From Planctomycetota bacterium (lineage in GTDB: Bacteria; Planctomycetota; B15-G4; JADJEK01): a stretch of 64,000 nt of DNA. The stretch lies in the NCBI GenBank assembly GCA_044225365.1, contig JBGAIQ010000015.1:5346-69345 (forward strand), read 5' to 3'. The notes under the pieces were generated by a model, which searched no databases, was not told the DNA's origin, and worked only from the letters and a program-made list of their open reading frames with translations. Positions 18,081-27,671 of this stretch are shown here, piece after piece; the first letter of the stretch is position 1, and each line of letters starts with the position of its first letter. A program made the position numbers and the translations under genes.

Positions 18081-21000
18081 ATGAGGTTTCACCGGGTTGT
18101 TGGTGCCAGCTTGGCACTCCTTGCAGTTGCCATAGCTCTAGTGTTTTTCAGATTTGTCGGCGACGGGGGTCGGAGTGAGAAGAAGAGTGTGTCCGGGGAG
18201 GTCTCTCCGAGCGAGATTTCGAAACGCGAGTCCGTAGGTGGCAGAATTGACTCTGCTGTTCGCGACGAGCTCGGGCATACGACCATTCACATAACCAAAG
18301 ATGGCGCGGCGGTCGCCGGGGCCGAGGTTGCTATCTGTGGTGTTTCTGAATATCGAGACCCTTGGGCGCCCCTCGATCGAAAGTCGATCATACGTGCGGC
18401 AACTGATCTCGATGGAAATTACGTGCTGGATCGCGAGACTCGTTTTCCTGTGATCGTTGGTGTTCAAGCCTCACCGAATGCGGCGGCGTGGAAGCGATTG
18501 GAGACTGGCGGTTCGATCGTGGAAATAGGTTTATCCGACGAGTATGAGTTGAAGGGTCGGGTGACGGATGCGGCTGGTAAGTCGATAGGCGGCGCCTCGA
18601 TCGTTGCTTCATTCGATGCATACAATTCTTACTATGCCAGCGAGTCGGCTGATGTGTTTATATCCGCGCAACTATTCGACGACAGAGCGGAGACGGATAG
18701 TGATGGGGCGTTCTTGCTAGGGAGATTGGGCGGGTCTCTGCTGAAAGTCGAGGCCGCCCATCCTCGTTTCGGTCGCGTCGTAGTAGAAGGGCTCAGCATT
18801 CCGAGAGAGGATCCATTGCAGCTCGTTCTGGGAGCCGGCACGGCGCGGTGCAGAGGTCGTGTGAGGCTGACGACAACGGGTCAGCCCGTTGCTTCAGTGC
18901 GCGTAGTAGGGTACGGCTTCGAATACGGAGTAGAGAAAGCCCGCTCTCCGGCTGCATACAGTGAGAAGGATGGGTCGTTTGCGCTCGATGGATTGGCGGC
19001 GGGGTGGTCCGACAATCGCGTGACGTTTGAGAAGCCTGGACTCGGAATGACAGTTCGCGACATCGATGTGGTGCGCGATGGCGACCTAATCGAACTCGAT
19101 GTCGCGATGAGCCCTACGCTTGATTTTCTTGGATTCGTCACGGATCCGCTAGGAAATCCGCTCTCTCGTGCACAGTTGATGGCTATGGATCCTGCTTATT
19201 CCATGGTCCTTGATATTGCTCAAACCGATGCTTCTGGGAAATTCGTAATCCACACGATTGCTGGGGATGAACCATTCGTCTTGAAAGTGACGAACAAGGA
19301 CTTCTCGCCCTTGTTTAGGGTGATACGGCGCGGGTGGCCTGAACCACACACCTATGTCCTAAGCCCAGAACAGCCACTTCTTGGGCGACTTGTGACTGAT
19401 TATTACCCGCTCGAGAAGCCGCGCGTTCGTGCAATCGCCGAGGGCGCTAGATATGGGAGGGTGATAACGAAATGGGCCGAAGTGGATCCTGCAACTGGTA
19501 CCTTTGAATTTGCAGGACTCGCCGCTGGAACTTACGTTCTCGATGCTTTTGCGGAGGGTTTTGCGCGTTCGCGGATTGACGGGATCGCGCTAGACGTCAT
19601 TCGTCCCCGTGAAGCTGTAGAGATTGTGATGAAGAAGGGTTCCTCGTTGCGCGGACGGGTTGTGCAACGCGGATCCGGAAAGCCAATCGGGGGCGCGACG
19701 ATCTACTTGGGGGACCCGAGTCCCGGAGAAGATCCGACCTACAATCATTTCGACGAAGCATTTACCTCAAATGCGGACGGAACGTTCTCAATCGAGGGTG
19801 TTTCCAGCGACTCGAAGAGCGGCGTTGTGGTAAGTGCTTCTGGTTACGGTACCCGCCACTTCTTACTCAACATCGGAGCGGCCGAAGGTGTCGCGAATAG
19901 GGTGTTCGAATTAGATCTTGGGGCAAGCGTCAAGATTACGGCTACCCGGCCTGACGGCTCGAAGTCGCGCGAGTTCGTTGGATCAGTGAATCCCCCGGAC
20001 GGGTATTTCTCAAGCCAATACGTGATCGGCGGAGAGTTGGTTCTGGATGGACTTCAAGCCGGACATGTCGCGGCTCGAGTTGACCTATGGGATCCCAGTC
20101 CTCCTGAGTATCGCGGTCTTAGCCTCGAAGAATCACTAGACCTAGCTCCCGGAGAGCACCGAGACGTAAATATCTCTTTTCACCTCGGTGCTACAATACG
20201 CGGTCATGTCAATGGTCCCGAGCGGCTCCTTGAGCCGGGATCTATAGCAGTTCATATCTCGCCGCCCGAGAACGATCCTGCATATCGCAGCTATGGCTCC
20301 CTTCGCCTTACCGGCAGCGACTACGTCGCCTACGGGGTTCGCCCCGGTCCGGTGAAGGTGCTCGTCTACCCCGCCATCCCCGGCTCCTTCGTGACCGCCG
20401 AGAAGCGGCTCACGGTCGAGGAAGGGAAGGAATACACCGTCGATATCGAGATCGGCGATGCGGTGCAAACTGGGGCGGTGCTCGATGCGAACGGGGCGGC
20501 GGTCGTCGAGGCGTGGGTGTCGATGCGGCGGACGAAGGAGGCGTTGAAGAATGCGGGAAACGGAGAGGAGACCGACTCGTGGCACTCCGATCTCTCGAAG
20601 AGCGATGGTGCGTATCGGATCGAGGGGCTGGGCCCGGGAGAGCTCGAGTTGCGCGTGCGGGCGCGAGGATACGGCCGCGCGCGCGGCAGGTTCCTGCCCA
20701 TCGTGAGATCGGACGGGTCGTTCGAGCCGCATGAGATTCGCCTCGCGCGAGAGGGCGTCGTGAAGGTGAAGGTGCAGGATCGCGGCGGGGAGGACGTCGC
20801 GGGCGCTCGCGTCGAGCTTGCCCCCGCGGACGTGCCGGACGATCCCTATGTGCCCGAGGCGCAGGAGGGCGTGCGGCGCGGGGAGGCTCGATTCCTCGGC
20901 GTGGGCGTCGGTGTGAACGTCCTGCGGGTCTCCGCCGAGGGCTTCGTGCCCTATGAGAGCGAGACGAGCGTGGCGGCAGGGGATGTCTTCGAGGCAACGG

Positions 21001-21299
21001 TCGTGCTGCGGCGTCCGGCGGCACTCGAGTTCATCCTGCGCGATGGCAATGGAGCGCCGCTCGAGGGCGCGGCCCCCAGCTTGGTCGACGTGACGACGGG
21101 GTACTCGCTTCTCGATCTCGCGCGTCACGGCCTCATCTCGGCCGCGACCCTGGATGCGAAGAGCGACAAGACGGGCGCACTTCGCTACGAGGGGCTCCCG
21201 GAAGGCGAGTACCGCATCGTGTTCGGGGGGATCGAAGCGAAGGGCACGGCCGGTCCCGGGGGAAGCGAGAAGCCGATCACGTTGATGCTCGGGAAGTAA
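18081..21299 (+). CDS. Membrane-anchored protein with multiple carboxypeptidase-regulatory-like (prealbumin/Cna-B-like) repeats
   Basis: N-terminal TM; repeated GRVTDAAGKSIGGASI, TDSDGAF, TDASGKF and SNADGTFSI units. Confidence 0.88.
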   Translation: MRFHRVVGASLALLAVAIALVFFRFVGDGGRSEKKSVSGEVSPSEISKRESVGGRIDSAVRDELGHTTIHITKDGAAVAGAEVAICGVSEYRDPWAPLDRKSIIRAATDLDGNYVLDRETRFPVIVGVQASPNAAAWKRLETGGSIVEIGLSDEYELKGRVTDAAGKSIGGASIVASFDAYNSYYASESADVFISAQLFDDRAETDSDGAFLLGRLGGSLLKVEAAHPRFGRVVVEGLSIPREDPLQLVLGAGTARCRGRVRLTTTGQPVASVRVVGYGFEYGVEKARSPAAYSEKDGSFALDGLAAGWSDNRVTFEKPGLGMTVRDIDVVRDGDLIELDVAMSPTLDFLGFVTDPLGNPLSRAQLMAMDPAYSMVLDIAQTDASGKFVIHTIAGDEPFVLKVTNKDFSPLFRVIRRGWPEPHTYVLSPEQPLLGRLVTDYYPLEKPRVRAIAEGARYGRVITKWAEVDPATGTFEFAGLAAGTYVLDAFAEGFARSRIDGIALDVIRPREAVEIVMKKGSSLRGRVVQRGSGKPIGGATIYLGDPSPGEDPTYNHFDEAFTSNADGTFSIEGVSSDSKSGVVVSASGYGTRHFLLNIGAAEGVANRVFELDLGASVKITATRPDGSKSREFVGSVNPPDGYFSSQYVIGGELVLDGLQAGHVAARVDLWDPSPPEYRGLSLEESLDLAPGEHRDVNISFHLGATIRGHVNGPERLLEPGSIAVHISPPENDPAYRSYGSLRLTGSDYVAYGVRPGPVKVLVYPAIPGSFVTAEKRLTVEEGKEYTVDIEIGDAVQTGAVLDANGAAVVEAWVSMRRTKEALKNAGNGEETDSWHSDLSKSDGAYRIEGLGPGELELRVRARGYGRARGRFLPIVRSDGSFEPHEIRLAREGVVKVKVQDRGGEDVAGARVELAPADVPDDPYVPEAQEGVRRGEARFLGVGVGVNVLRVSAEGFVPYESETSVAAGDVFEATVVLRRPAALEFILRDGNGAPLEGAAPSLVDVTTGYSLLDLARHGLISAATLDAKSDKTGALRYEGLPEGEYRIVFGGIEAKGTAGPGGSEKPITLMLGK

Positions 21300-21459
21300 A
21301 GCGCGGGCTTCCCCCCGAAAAGCGGCTGTCGAACGCGCGGCCGCTCGTGTAGCGTCTTCCGCGTTTGCCCGCCACCGGCATCCGAAGGGGTGCGGCGGCC
21401 AGTCTCAGCAAACCAGTTCGCGTCGCTGCGAATCGCACTGTGCGGAATAAGAGATCCTC

Positions 21460-21984
21460 ATGATCAAGAAGCTCTTCGCCCTCCTGTTGATCGCGATCGT
21501 CGTCGTGCTCGGCATCGCCATGACCAAGCCCGATCACGTCGAAGTGGTGCGCGAAGCCCGCATCAAGGCGAAGCCGGAGAAGATCTACCCGCTGATCGAG
21601 GACTTCCACGAATGGGCGAAGTGGTCGCCGTGGGAGAAGCTCGACCCGGCGATGAAGCGGACGTTCGGCGGGCCGCAGAAGGGCGTCGGGGCGACGTATG
21701 AGTGGGAGGGGAACAAGGACGTCGGCAAGGGGAAGATGGAGCTGACGGCGGCGAAGCCCTCGTCGCAGATCGATGTGAATCTCGATTTCATCGAGCCGTT
21801 CGAGGGTCACGACAAGGTGGTGTTCACGCTCACGCCGGAGGGGGAAGAGACGGTCGTGAAGTGGTCGATGGGTGGGCCGGCGAACTTCATGTCGAAGGTG
21901 ATGTGCGTGTTCGTCGACATGGACAAGATGGTGGGAGGGGATTTCGAGAAGGGGCTCGCGAACTTGAAGGCGGCGACGGAGTAG
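21460..21984 (+). CDS. SRPBCC/START (polyketide cyclase-like) family protein
   Basis: IKAKPEKIYPLIEDFHEWAKWSPW, GVGATYEWEGNKDVGKG and DFEKGLANLK; N-terminal TM. Confidence 0.9.
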   Translation: MIKKLFALLLIAIVVVLGIAMTKPDHVEVVREARIKAKPEKIYPLIEDFHEWAKWSPWEKLDPAMKRTFGGPQKGVGATYEWEGNKDVGKGKMELTAAKPSSQIDVNLDFIEPFEGHDKVVFTLTPEGEETVVKWSMGGPANFMSKVMCVFVDMDKMVGGDFEKGLANLKAATE

Positions 21985-21990
21985 GAAGGG

Positions 21991-22157
21991 GCATGCCGGG
22001 CTGGAGCCCGGCGGTCCGATCCGCATGCCGGGCTGGAGCCCGGCGGTCCGATCTAGCAGCCCGACGCTTCCACCCGGCAGCCCGGCCGGTCCCACTCAAC
22101 CGCCCGACGCTCCCACCCGGCAGCCCGGCGGTCCCACCCGCCAGCCCGGCGGTCCCA
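21991..22157. repeat. REP-like repeats (same family as 14090 and 40453) plus degenerate partial copies
   Basis: GCATGCCGGGCTGGAGCCCGGCGGTCCGATC twice at 32-bp period, then three CAGCCCGGC(C)GGTCCCA half copies; lies between convergent genes. Confidence 0.85.
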
Positions 22158-22167
22158 TGGCGCTCCA

Positions 22168-23937
22168 TCAGGAGTGCGTAGGGGGAGCGGCGTCGTGCTT
22201 GCGGTGCCGGAGCTGAGCCCACGCGGCGAGCAGGCCGACGGTGATCCAGAAGCCGAGTGAGCCCGTCACGCAGAGTTCGAAGGTGCGGTCGGGGCGATCG
22301 TGCTCCCACTTCGCCTGCTCGATCGCGACTTCGCGGGCGCGCTCCTCGGCGGCGCGGGCGCGTTCCTTCGCCTCCGCGATCTTCGCCGCGGTCGCGGCGC
22401 GATCGCGGGCGATCTTCTCCTTGATCCGCGTCAACTCCGAACGCTCGAGCTCGCGCATCGACGCGCGGCCCTTGGCGTCCAGCTTGGAGCCGATGAGGGA
22501 CGATCCGTCGCCGCTCTTCTCCAGTTCGTCGTCGAAGCGAATCCGCCGATCGATCTCGTCGCGGAGCGCATCGAGCTTGGCGATCCGTTCCTCGTCGGTC
22601 GCGTCCTGCGCGCGGACCTTCAACAACTCCCGCTCGAACGAGGCGCCGGTGGAGCTGAGCGTGGGCTGGAAGATCTCCATCTCCTGCTCGAACGTGGCGG
22701 GGACGGGTTCCGGCTCGGCGGGCTTCGCGACCGGCTCATCGGACAGGCTCGCGATCACGTGGAAGCGCGAGAAGACGCCGCGGAACGTGACCTCCTGGAC
22801 CACGACCGTCGTCGAGAAGAGGCCGAGGCCGATGCACAGGGCGAGCAAAGGCCAGTACTCCTCGAGGCGGGGCACGCGGCGAAAGGCGATGCCCGCCGCC
22901 AGGAGGACGACGGCGGGGACGAGGAACCACGCGTTGGTCTTGCCAAGGAGCGTGAGCGCGACGAGGAGCGTGCCCGTCAGGAACGCGACGAGCGACCACG
23001 TCGCTGGAATCGCGGACGGGCGGCGCAGGAGCGGCGTGATCCCGCCGAGCACCGCGCCGGGCAGACCGAAGACGAGCGCGGCGAGCGCAAGGAGCATGAA
23101 GAGGTTCGAGAGATCGCGAAGGTAGGGGACGACGAAGAAGACGAGCGCGAGCACGCCGAGCCAGCGCTTCTTCACGGCGAGGGCGACGACGATTCCGATC
23201 GATACGAGCGGGGCGAGGATCGTCACGCCCGTCAGTCCGTCGAGCCAGACGACGATCCGCGCGGGAAGCGCGAGAGGCCAGAACCCGGTCGCGACCAGCG
23301 AGTTCATGACGCCGCGCCACGTCGCGTGATCGAAGATCATCTGCAGCAGGATGCCGACCGCCCGCGCCACGATCAGGAAGGCGAGCACGATCGTCGGCGC
23401 GAGCAAGAGGCCGGATCCCGCGCCCGCGAAGGCCGACACGCCGGGCGACAGCGGCGCTCCGGTCTCGTCCTCCGTGACGAGATGGGAGAGCGCGACCGCG
23501 AGACCGACGCCGAGCACGACCCAGAGGGCGGCGAGCGCGATGAGGTGGCCCGTCGCACCCGCGCTCTGCGCGAGCTCCGGGCCGAGCACAGCCGCGGGCA
23601 ACTCGTGAGCGATCTCCTTCCACACCTCCGGCAGCGCGTGCCACGCGGCGACGAAGAGCTCGAACGTGGCGAGCGTGAGGATCGTGACGATCATCCGCGG
23701 CGGCGTGAGTTCGTGGGGCTCGATCTCGCCGTGGCGAATCAGATCGCGCGTCATCTCGATGATGCACGATACGACCGCGGCGACGAGGAGCGACGAGACG
23801 AAGACCCACGGCAGGTGCTCGCCTTCGTGTTGGAGGAGGACGAAGACGGCGAAGCCGCTAAGCGTTCCGAACGCGCCTAGCGCGCCCGCGAGGACCCTCG
23901 CTCGCCTCGGCGTCGTCGACCAGGTGTTGCTCGTCAT
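22168..23937 (-). CDS. Polytopic membrane protein with coiled-coil insertion, function unknown
   Basis: More than ten hydrophobic segments, then a charged coiled-coil region and a final TM helix. Confidence 0.8.
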   Translation of the reverse strand: MTSNTWSTTPRRARVLAGALGAFGTLSGFAVFVLLQHEGEHLPWVFVSSLLVAAVVSCIIEMTRDLIRHGEIEPHELTPPRMIVTILTLATFELFVAAWHALPEVWKEIAHELPAAVLGPELAQSAGATGHLIALAALWVVLGVGLAVALSHLVTEDETGAPLSPGVSAFAGAGSGLLLAPTIVLAFLIVARAVGILLQMIFDHATWRGVMNSLVATGFWPLALPARIVVWLDGLTGVTILAPLVSIGIVVALAVKKRWLGVLALVFFVVPYLRDLSNLFMLLALAALVFGLPGAVLGGITPLLRRPSAIPATWSLVAFLTGTLLVALTLLGKTNAWFLVPAVVLLAAGIAFRRVPRLEEYWPLLALCIGLGLFSTTVVVQEVTFRGVFSRFHVIASLSDEPVAKPAEPEPVPATFEQEMEIFQPTLSSTGASFERELLKVRAQDATDEERIAKLDALRDEIDRRIRFDDELEKSGDGSSLIGSKLDAKGRASMRELERSELTRIKEKIARDRAATAAKIAEAKERARAAEERAREVAIEQAKWEHDRPDRTFELCVTGSLGFWITVGLLAAWAQLRHRKHDAAPPTHS

Positions 23938-24174
23938 GCGGGAAATCCCTCGGGCCCCGATCGTACGGGACGCGGGTAGCCGTGGCGAGAGCCGGGGTGC
24001 GTCCGTCTGCCTTCGAGATGGAAGCCGTCCGGATGCGAGATCGGCCGAGCCGTTTTGCCGGAAGTCGGGCCTGAACCGGCGCCTTGCGTCCTTGGCACGC
24101 CCGGTGCCTTATCGGCTCCCGTCCAATCAACCTCCTCCGAACCTTCGTTCGAAACCACTCCTCAGGAATCTCCC

Positions 24175-24777
24175 ATGAAGTCTCTCGCTCTCGCCGTCGC
24201 CTCGATGCTGTTCGCCGCCACTGCCGTCTTCGCCCAGGACGTGTCGTTCTCGGGTCACGTCCAGGACGGCAAGGCCGTCTGCTACTACTGCCCCGGATTC
24301 GAGTTCGTGCTCGACAACACGCACGCGAGCCTCCACAGCAGCACGATCGCGCTCGCGCCGTTCGTCGGTTCCTACGTGACGGGCACGGGTCACTGGAACG
24401 GCTCGACGACGACGCCGTCGATCGAAGTGACCGCGATCCAGGTCGTCCCCGAAGCCTTCTCGATCGGCGGCGGCGGAACGATCGGCAAGAAGATGAGCTT
24501 CAACGTGCAGGCGGCGCCGGGTGTCACCGCGGTGAGCGTGCTCTCGTTCAAGGACGGCTTCGTGCCGATGGGTACGTGGGGCACGTTCTTCCTCGACCCG
24601 CTCCAGTTCTTCGTCCTCGGCCAGGGCGTCACCGACTCCAACGGCCAGTTCGCGATCAAGATCGACGTTCCGAACGAGCCCGCGCTGATCGGTCTCAAGG
24701 TATTCGGCCAGGCGGGCATCCTCGGCTCGGCCGGCAACTGGACGCTCACCAATTCGGATTTGAAGGTCCTGAACTGA
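24175..24777 (+). CDS. Small secreted protein with shared C-terminal domain
   Basis: Signal peptide MKSLALAVASMLFAATAVFA; CYYC motif; ends VPNEPALIGLKVFGQAG...LTNSDLKVLN. Confidence 0.85.
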   Translation: MKSLALAVASMLFAATAVFAQDVSFSGHVQDGKAVCYYCPGFEFVLDNTHASLHSSTIALAPFVGSYVTGTGHWNGSTTTPSIEVTAIQVVPEAFSIGGGGTIGKKMSFNVQAAPGVTAVSVLSFKDGFVPMGTWGTFFLDPLQFFVLGQGVTDSNGQFAIKIDVPNEPALIGLKVFGQAGILGSAGNWTLTNSDLKVLN

Positions 24778-24817
24778 TCGGCTCACGCCGACGCTCGATC
24801 GTTCACACCCCACCTGC

Positions 24818-24856
24818 AGCCGGAATCCTCCACACGACATGCGGAAGGTTCCGGCT
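24818..24856 (+). terminator. Possible terminator hairpin
   Basis: AGCCGGAATCCTCC...GGAAGGTTCCGGCT, downstream of the 24777 stop. Confidence 0.35.
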
Positions 24857-25022
24857 CTCGTGTTGCAGCGATGGAAGTTACGGAGATGTGGATGCCGAGA
24901 TCGCATTTCCGCGCTTGACCTGCCGCGGGTTTCGGGGATCCTGCACGATCCGCATGGCTCTTCATGCGCTCCGTCGAATTCACGCCGGAACTCGCACCCT
25001 CTGCTCCTGGATGATTCACCCG

Positions 25023-26477
25023 ATGGTCCTCACCCCTGCCGCTCGCGTGTCCTTCCTGTTCGTCCTCGCATCGCCCGGAGCGCTCTTCGCGCAAAGCACG
25101 TTCAACGAGATCGGCGCGAATCAGACCGCGTCGGGCGTGAGCATGAACGGCGTCGTGGTGGGCACCAACCCGTCCGGGTACTTCCGCTGGACCGTCGCGG
25201 GCGGACTCGTCAACATCGGTGGCACCGCTCCGGGCGGCGGGGTAGGCGGTCAAGCCAAGGTCTCGAACGACGGCGTGTACACCTGCGGTGCATTCCTGAA
25301 TCCGGCGAGCGGCTCGAACGAGATGTCGCGCTGGAGTTCCGTGAGTTCGAGCTGGCTGCCGTTCGGCGGCATCGGCGGGTCCTCCGGTGTGGAGACCAGT
25401 TCGGGCTGGAGCATCTCCGGCGACGGCCGGTGCACGGTCGGCCTCGGCTGGGTGAACGGCGGGACCGCACACGCGATTCGTCGACTCGACGGTGGAGCGA
25501 CGATCGACCTCGGCTCGACCGTCGCGAATCGCAGCACGCGGGCGAACGGCGTGAACACGAGCGGCAGCGTCGTCGTCGGCTGGCAGGATGCCAGCTCGGG
25601 CTTCCGCCAGGGCGCGATCTGGACGAACGGCGTGCAGACTCTGATCACGCTCGCGAGCAATGGACAGCCGCTCGGTGAAGCGCAGGACGTCTCCGATGTC
25701 GGCACGGTCGTCGTCGGGACCGGTGTCTCCGCCAATCAGAATCAGGCATGGCGCTGGACTTCGGCGACCGGTGGTCAATCGCTCGGCACGCTCAATCCGA
25801 CGTGGCTCGCCGCCGCGACCGCGGTGAGCGATGACGGCAACACGATCGTCGGCTACGAGCGACCCTTCGGTTCGCCCGCTGTGTTCGGCACCGGATTCAT
25901 CTGGCGACAGGGAGTCGGTATGACCGACCTCAAGACCTACCTCGTATCGAAGGGAGTACCGGTTCCCGCGGCCTTCACGCTCGCGCTTCCGCTCGGCATC
26001 TCGGCGGATGGTCGCACGATCGTCGGCATCGGTCGCAACGGCATCGTCGCGAGCGGATTCGTCGCGAGGGTCGACGACTGCTCGGGCAAGGCAGCGGCCT
26101 ACGGCGCCGGCCTTCCGGGAACCGGCAACTACGTGCCCTTCCTCGAAGTGAATGGCTGCCCCGCGATCGGGAGCGCGTTCTCGATCGACCTCACGTCGGT
26201 GCGCGGCGGAGCGAGCGGACTGCTCTTCGTCGGCCTGTCCCAGACCTCGGTTCCGCTGCTCGGCGGCACGTTCCTCGTCGGCTCGCTCGCGCTCTCGTTG
26301 CCGATCGGCGTCTCCGGCACCCCCGGCGTCGCCGCCGCCGGCAGTCTCTCGCTCCCCGCGACGCTCACCGATCCCGCGCTCATCGGACTCACGCTCACGA
26401 TGCAGGCGGCGTTCTCGGACGCGGGGGCCATCTTCGGAGCGAGCCTCACGAATGGCGTGTCGATGACGATCGGTTGA
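25023..26477 (+). CDS. Secreted HAF-like extracellular-repeat beta-propeller protein with shared C-terminal domain
   Basis: Signal peptide ending ALFA-Q; repeats of the type ISGDGxxxVG and VSDDGNTIVG with FRW/AWRW; ends QAAFSDAGAIFGASLTNGVSMTIG. Confidence 0.88.
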   Translation: MVLTPAARVSFLFVLASPGALFAQSTFNEIGANQTASGVSMNGVVVGTNPSGYFRWTVAGGLVNIGGTAPGGGVGGQAKVSNDGVYTCGAFLNPASGSNEMSRWSSVSSSWLPFGGIGGSSGVETSSGWSISGDGRCTVGLGWVNGGTAHAIRRLDGGATIDLGSTVANRSTRANGVNTSGSVVVGWQDASSGFRQGAIWTNGVQTLITLASNGQPLGEAQDVSDVGTVVVGTGVSANQNQAWRWTSATGGQSLGTLNPTWLAAATAVSDDGNTIVGYERPFGSPAVFGTGFIWRQGVGMTDLKTYLVSKGVPVPAAFTLALPLGISADGRTIVGIGRNGIVASGFVARVDDCSGKAAAYGAGLPGTGNYVPFLEVNGCPAIGSAFSIDLTSVRGGASGLLFVGLSQTSVPLLGGTFLVGSLALSLPIGVSGTPGVAAAGSLSLPATLTDPALIGLTLTMQAAFSDAGAIFGASLTNGVSMTIG

Positions 26478-26745
26478 TCTCGATTCGATTACGTCCGCGT
26501 GTTAGGTTCATTGCGCCTCGTATCCCCCCGACCCTGCATTGCCGATGTTCACGCCTGCAACCATCTGAGGTTCGCTCCGCGCGATCCGCCGACGAGAGTG
26601 TCGTCGCGTAGTTCGCGTGGAGCGGGTTCTCGCCTCGTAAGACCGCGACGACGTCGTCGCGGTCCTCGAGACGTCATGTCTCGAGACAAGAACCCCGCGC
26701 GGTGACGGACGAGCGTCCGGCCGCGCCGAACCCAAGCAGGATCCC

Positions 26746-27510
26746 ATGACATCGAATTGGTACGAAAACTTCTTCCACGGCCTCGCTCTCGACTTCTGGC
26801 GAGCCGCGGTGACGCCGCAGCTCACCGCCAACGAGGTCGACTTCGCCGTCGCCGAGCTGCACCTCGACGGCAGGAAGGGCGCGCGCGTCCTCGACTGCCC
26901 GTGTGGCAACGGACGGCATTCGCTCGAACTCGCCCGCCGCGGCTACGCGGTGACGGGAATCGACATCTCCAACGAGTTCCTCGCCGAGGCGCGCGCGAAC
27001 GCACGCGCGGCTGCACTCCCGATCGAGTTCCTGTTGCGCGACATGTCTGCGATCGAGGGTGAATCGCGGTTCGACGCCGCAGTCTGCTTCGGCAACAGCT
27101 TCGGATACTTGTCGCACGCATCGACGCAGAGATTCCTTTCCGGGCTCGCGCGAGCGCTCGTCCCGGGTGGGCGGCTTCTCATCGACACGGGTGCGCTCGC
27201 GGAGTCGCTCTTGCCGAATCTCGAGGAGCGCTTCGAGATGGAGATGGGGGGCGTGCGCATGACGGTCGATCATCGCTACGACGCACTGAAGAGCCGGATG
27301 GAGGCGACCTACGTCTTCCAGCAGGGCGATCGCGTGGAGCGCAGCGACATGAATCAGCACGTCTACTCCGCAGGTGAACTCGTGCGCATGCTCGAGGCGG
27401 CGGGATTCTCCGACGTGACGATCACGGGCGGCGGAGAGATGGGCGCCGCCGCGAGCAAGCCCTTCGCCCTCGGCGACGCCTGGGCGCGAGTGGTCGCGAC
27501 GCGTTCCTGA
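26746..27510 (+). CDS. Class I SAM-dependent methyltransferase
   Basis: RVLDCPCGNGRHS, VTGIDIS, FDAAVCFGNSFGY and LVPGGRLLID. Confidence 0.92.
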   Translation: MTSNWYENFFHGLALDFWRAAVTPQLTANEVDFAVAELHLDGRKGARVLDCPCGNGRHSLELARRGYAVTGIDISNEFLAEARANARAAALPIEFLLRDMSAIEGESRFDAAVCFGNSFGYLSHASTQRFLSGLARALVPGGRLLIDTGALAESLLPNLEERFEMEMGGVRMTVDHRYDALKSRMEATYVFQQGDRVERSDMNQHVYSAGELVRMLEAAGFSDVTITGGGEMGAAASKPFALGDAWARVVATRS

Positions 27511-27533
27511 CGAACCGCAGACCGATCGGGTCG

Positions 27534-27577
27534 GGACGAGCGCCGCGCGGGGCCGATCGCGCGCGCGGCGCTCGTTT
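27534..27577 (+). terminator. Probable intrinsic terminator
   Basis: GACGAGCGCCGCGCG...CGCGCGGCGCTCGTTT, just after the methyltransferase stop. Confidence 0.5.
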
Positions 27578-27637
27578 CCGCCTCTCGGTGTCCTCTCGCG
27601 GGGGACGACCGTGGTGGACGTTCGAGCGCGACCATTG

Positions 27638-27671
27638 AGCGCTGGGAAGCGCTGGGGAGCGCTGGAAAGCG
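27638..27671. repeat. Three 10-bp tandem repeats AGCGCTGGRR
   Basis: agcgctggga agcgctgggg agcgctggaa agcg. Confidence 0.6.

Noticed and set aside
21300-21459. Riboswitch upstream of the SRPBCC gene
   Set aside because: GC-rich pairing is possible but no known aptamer consensus was recognised.
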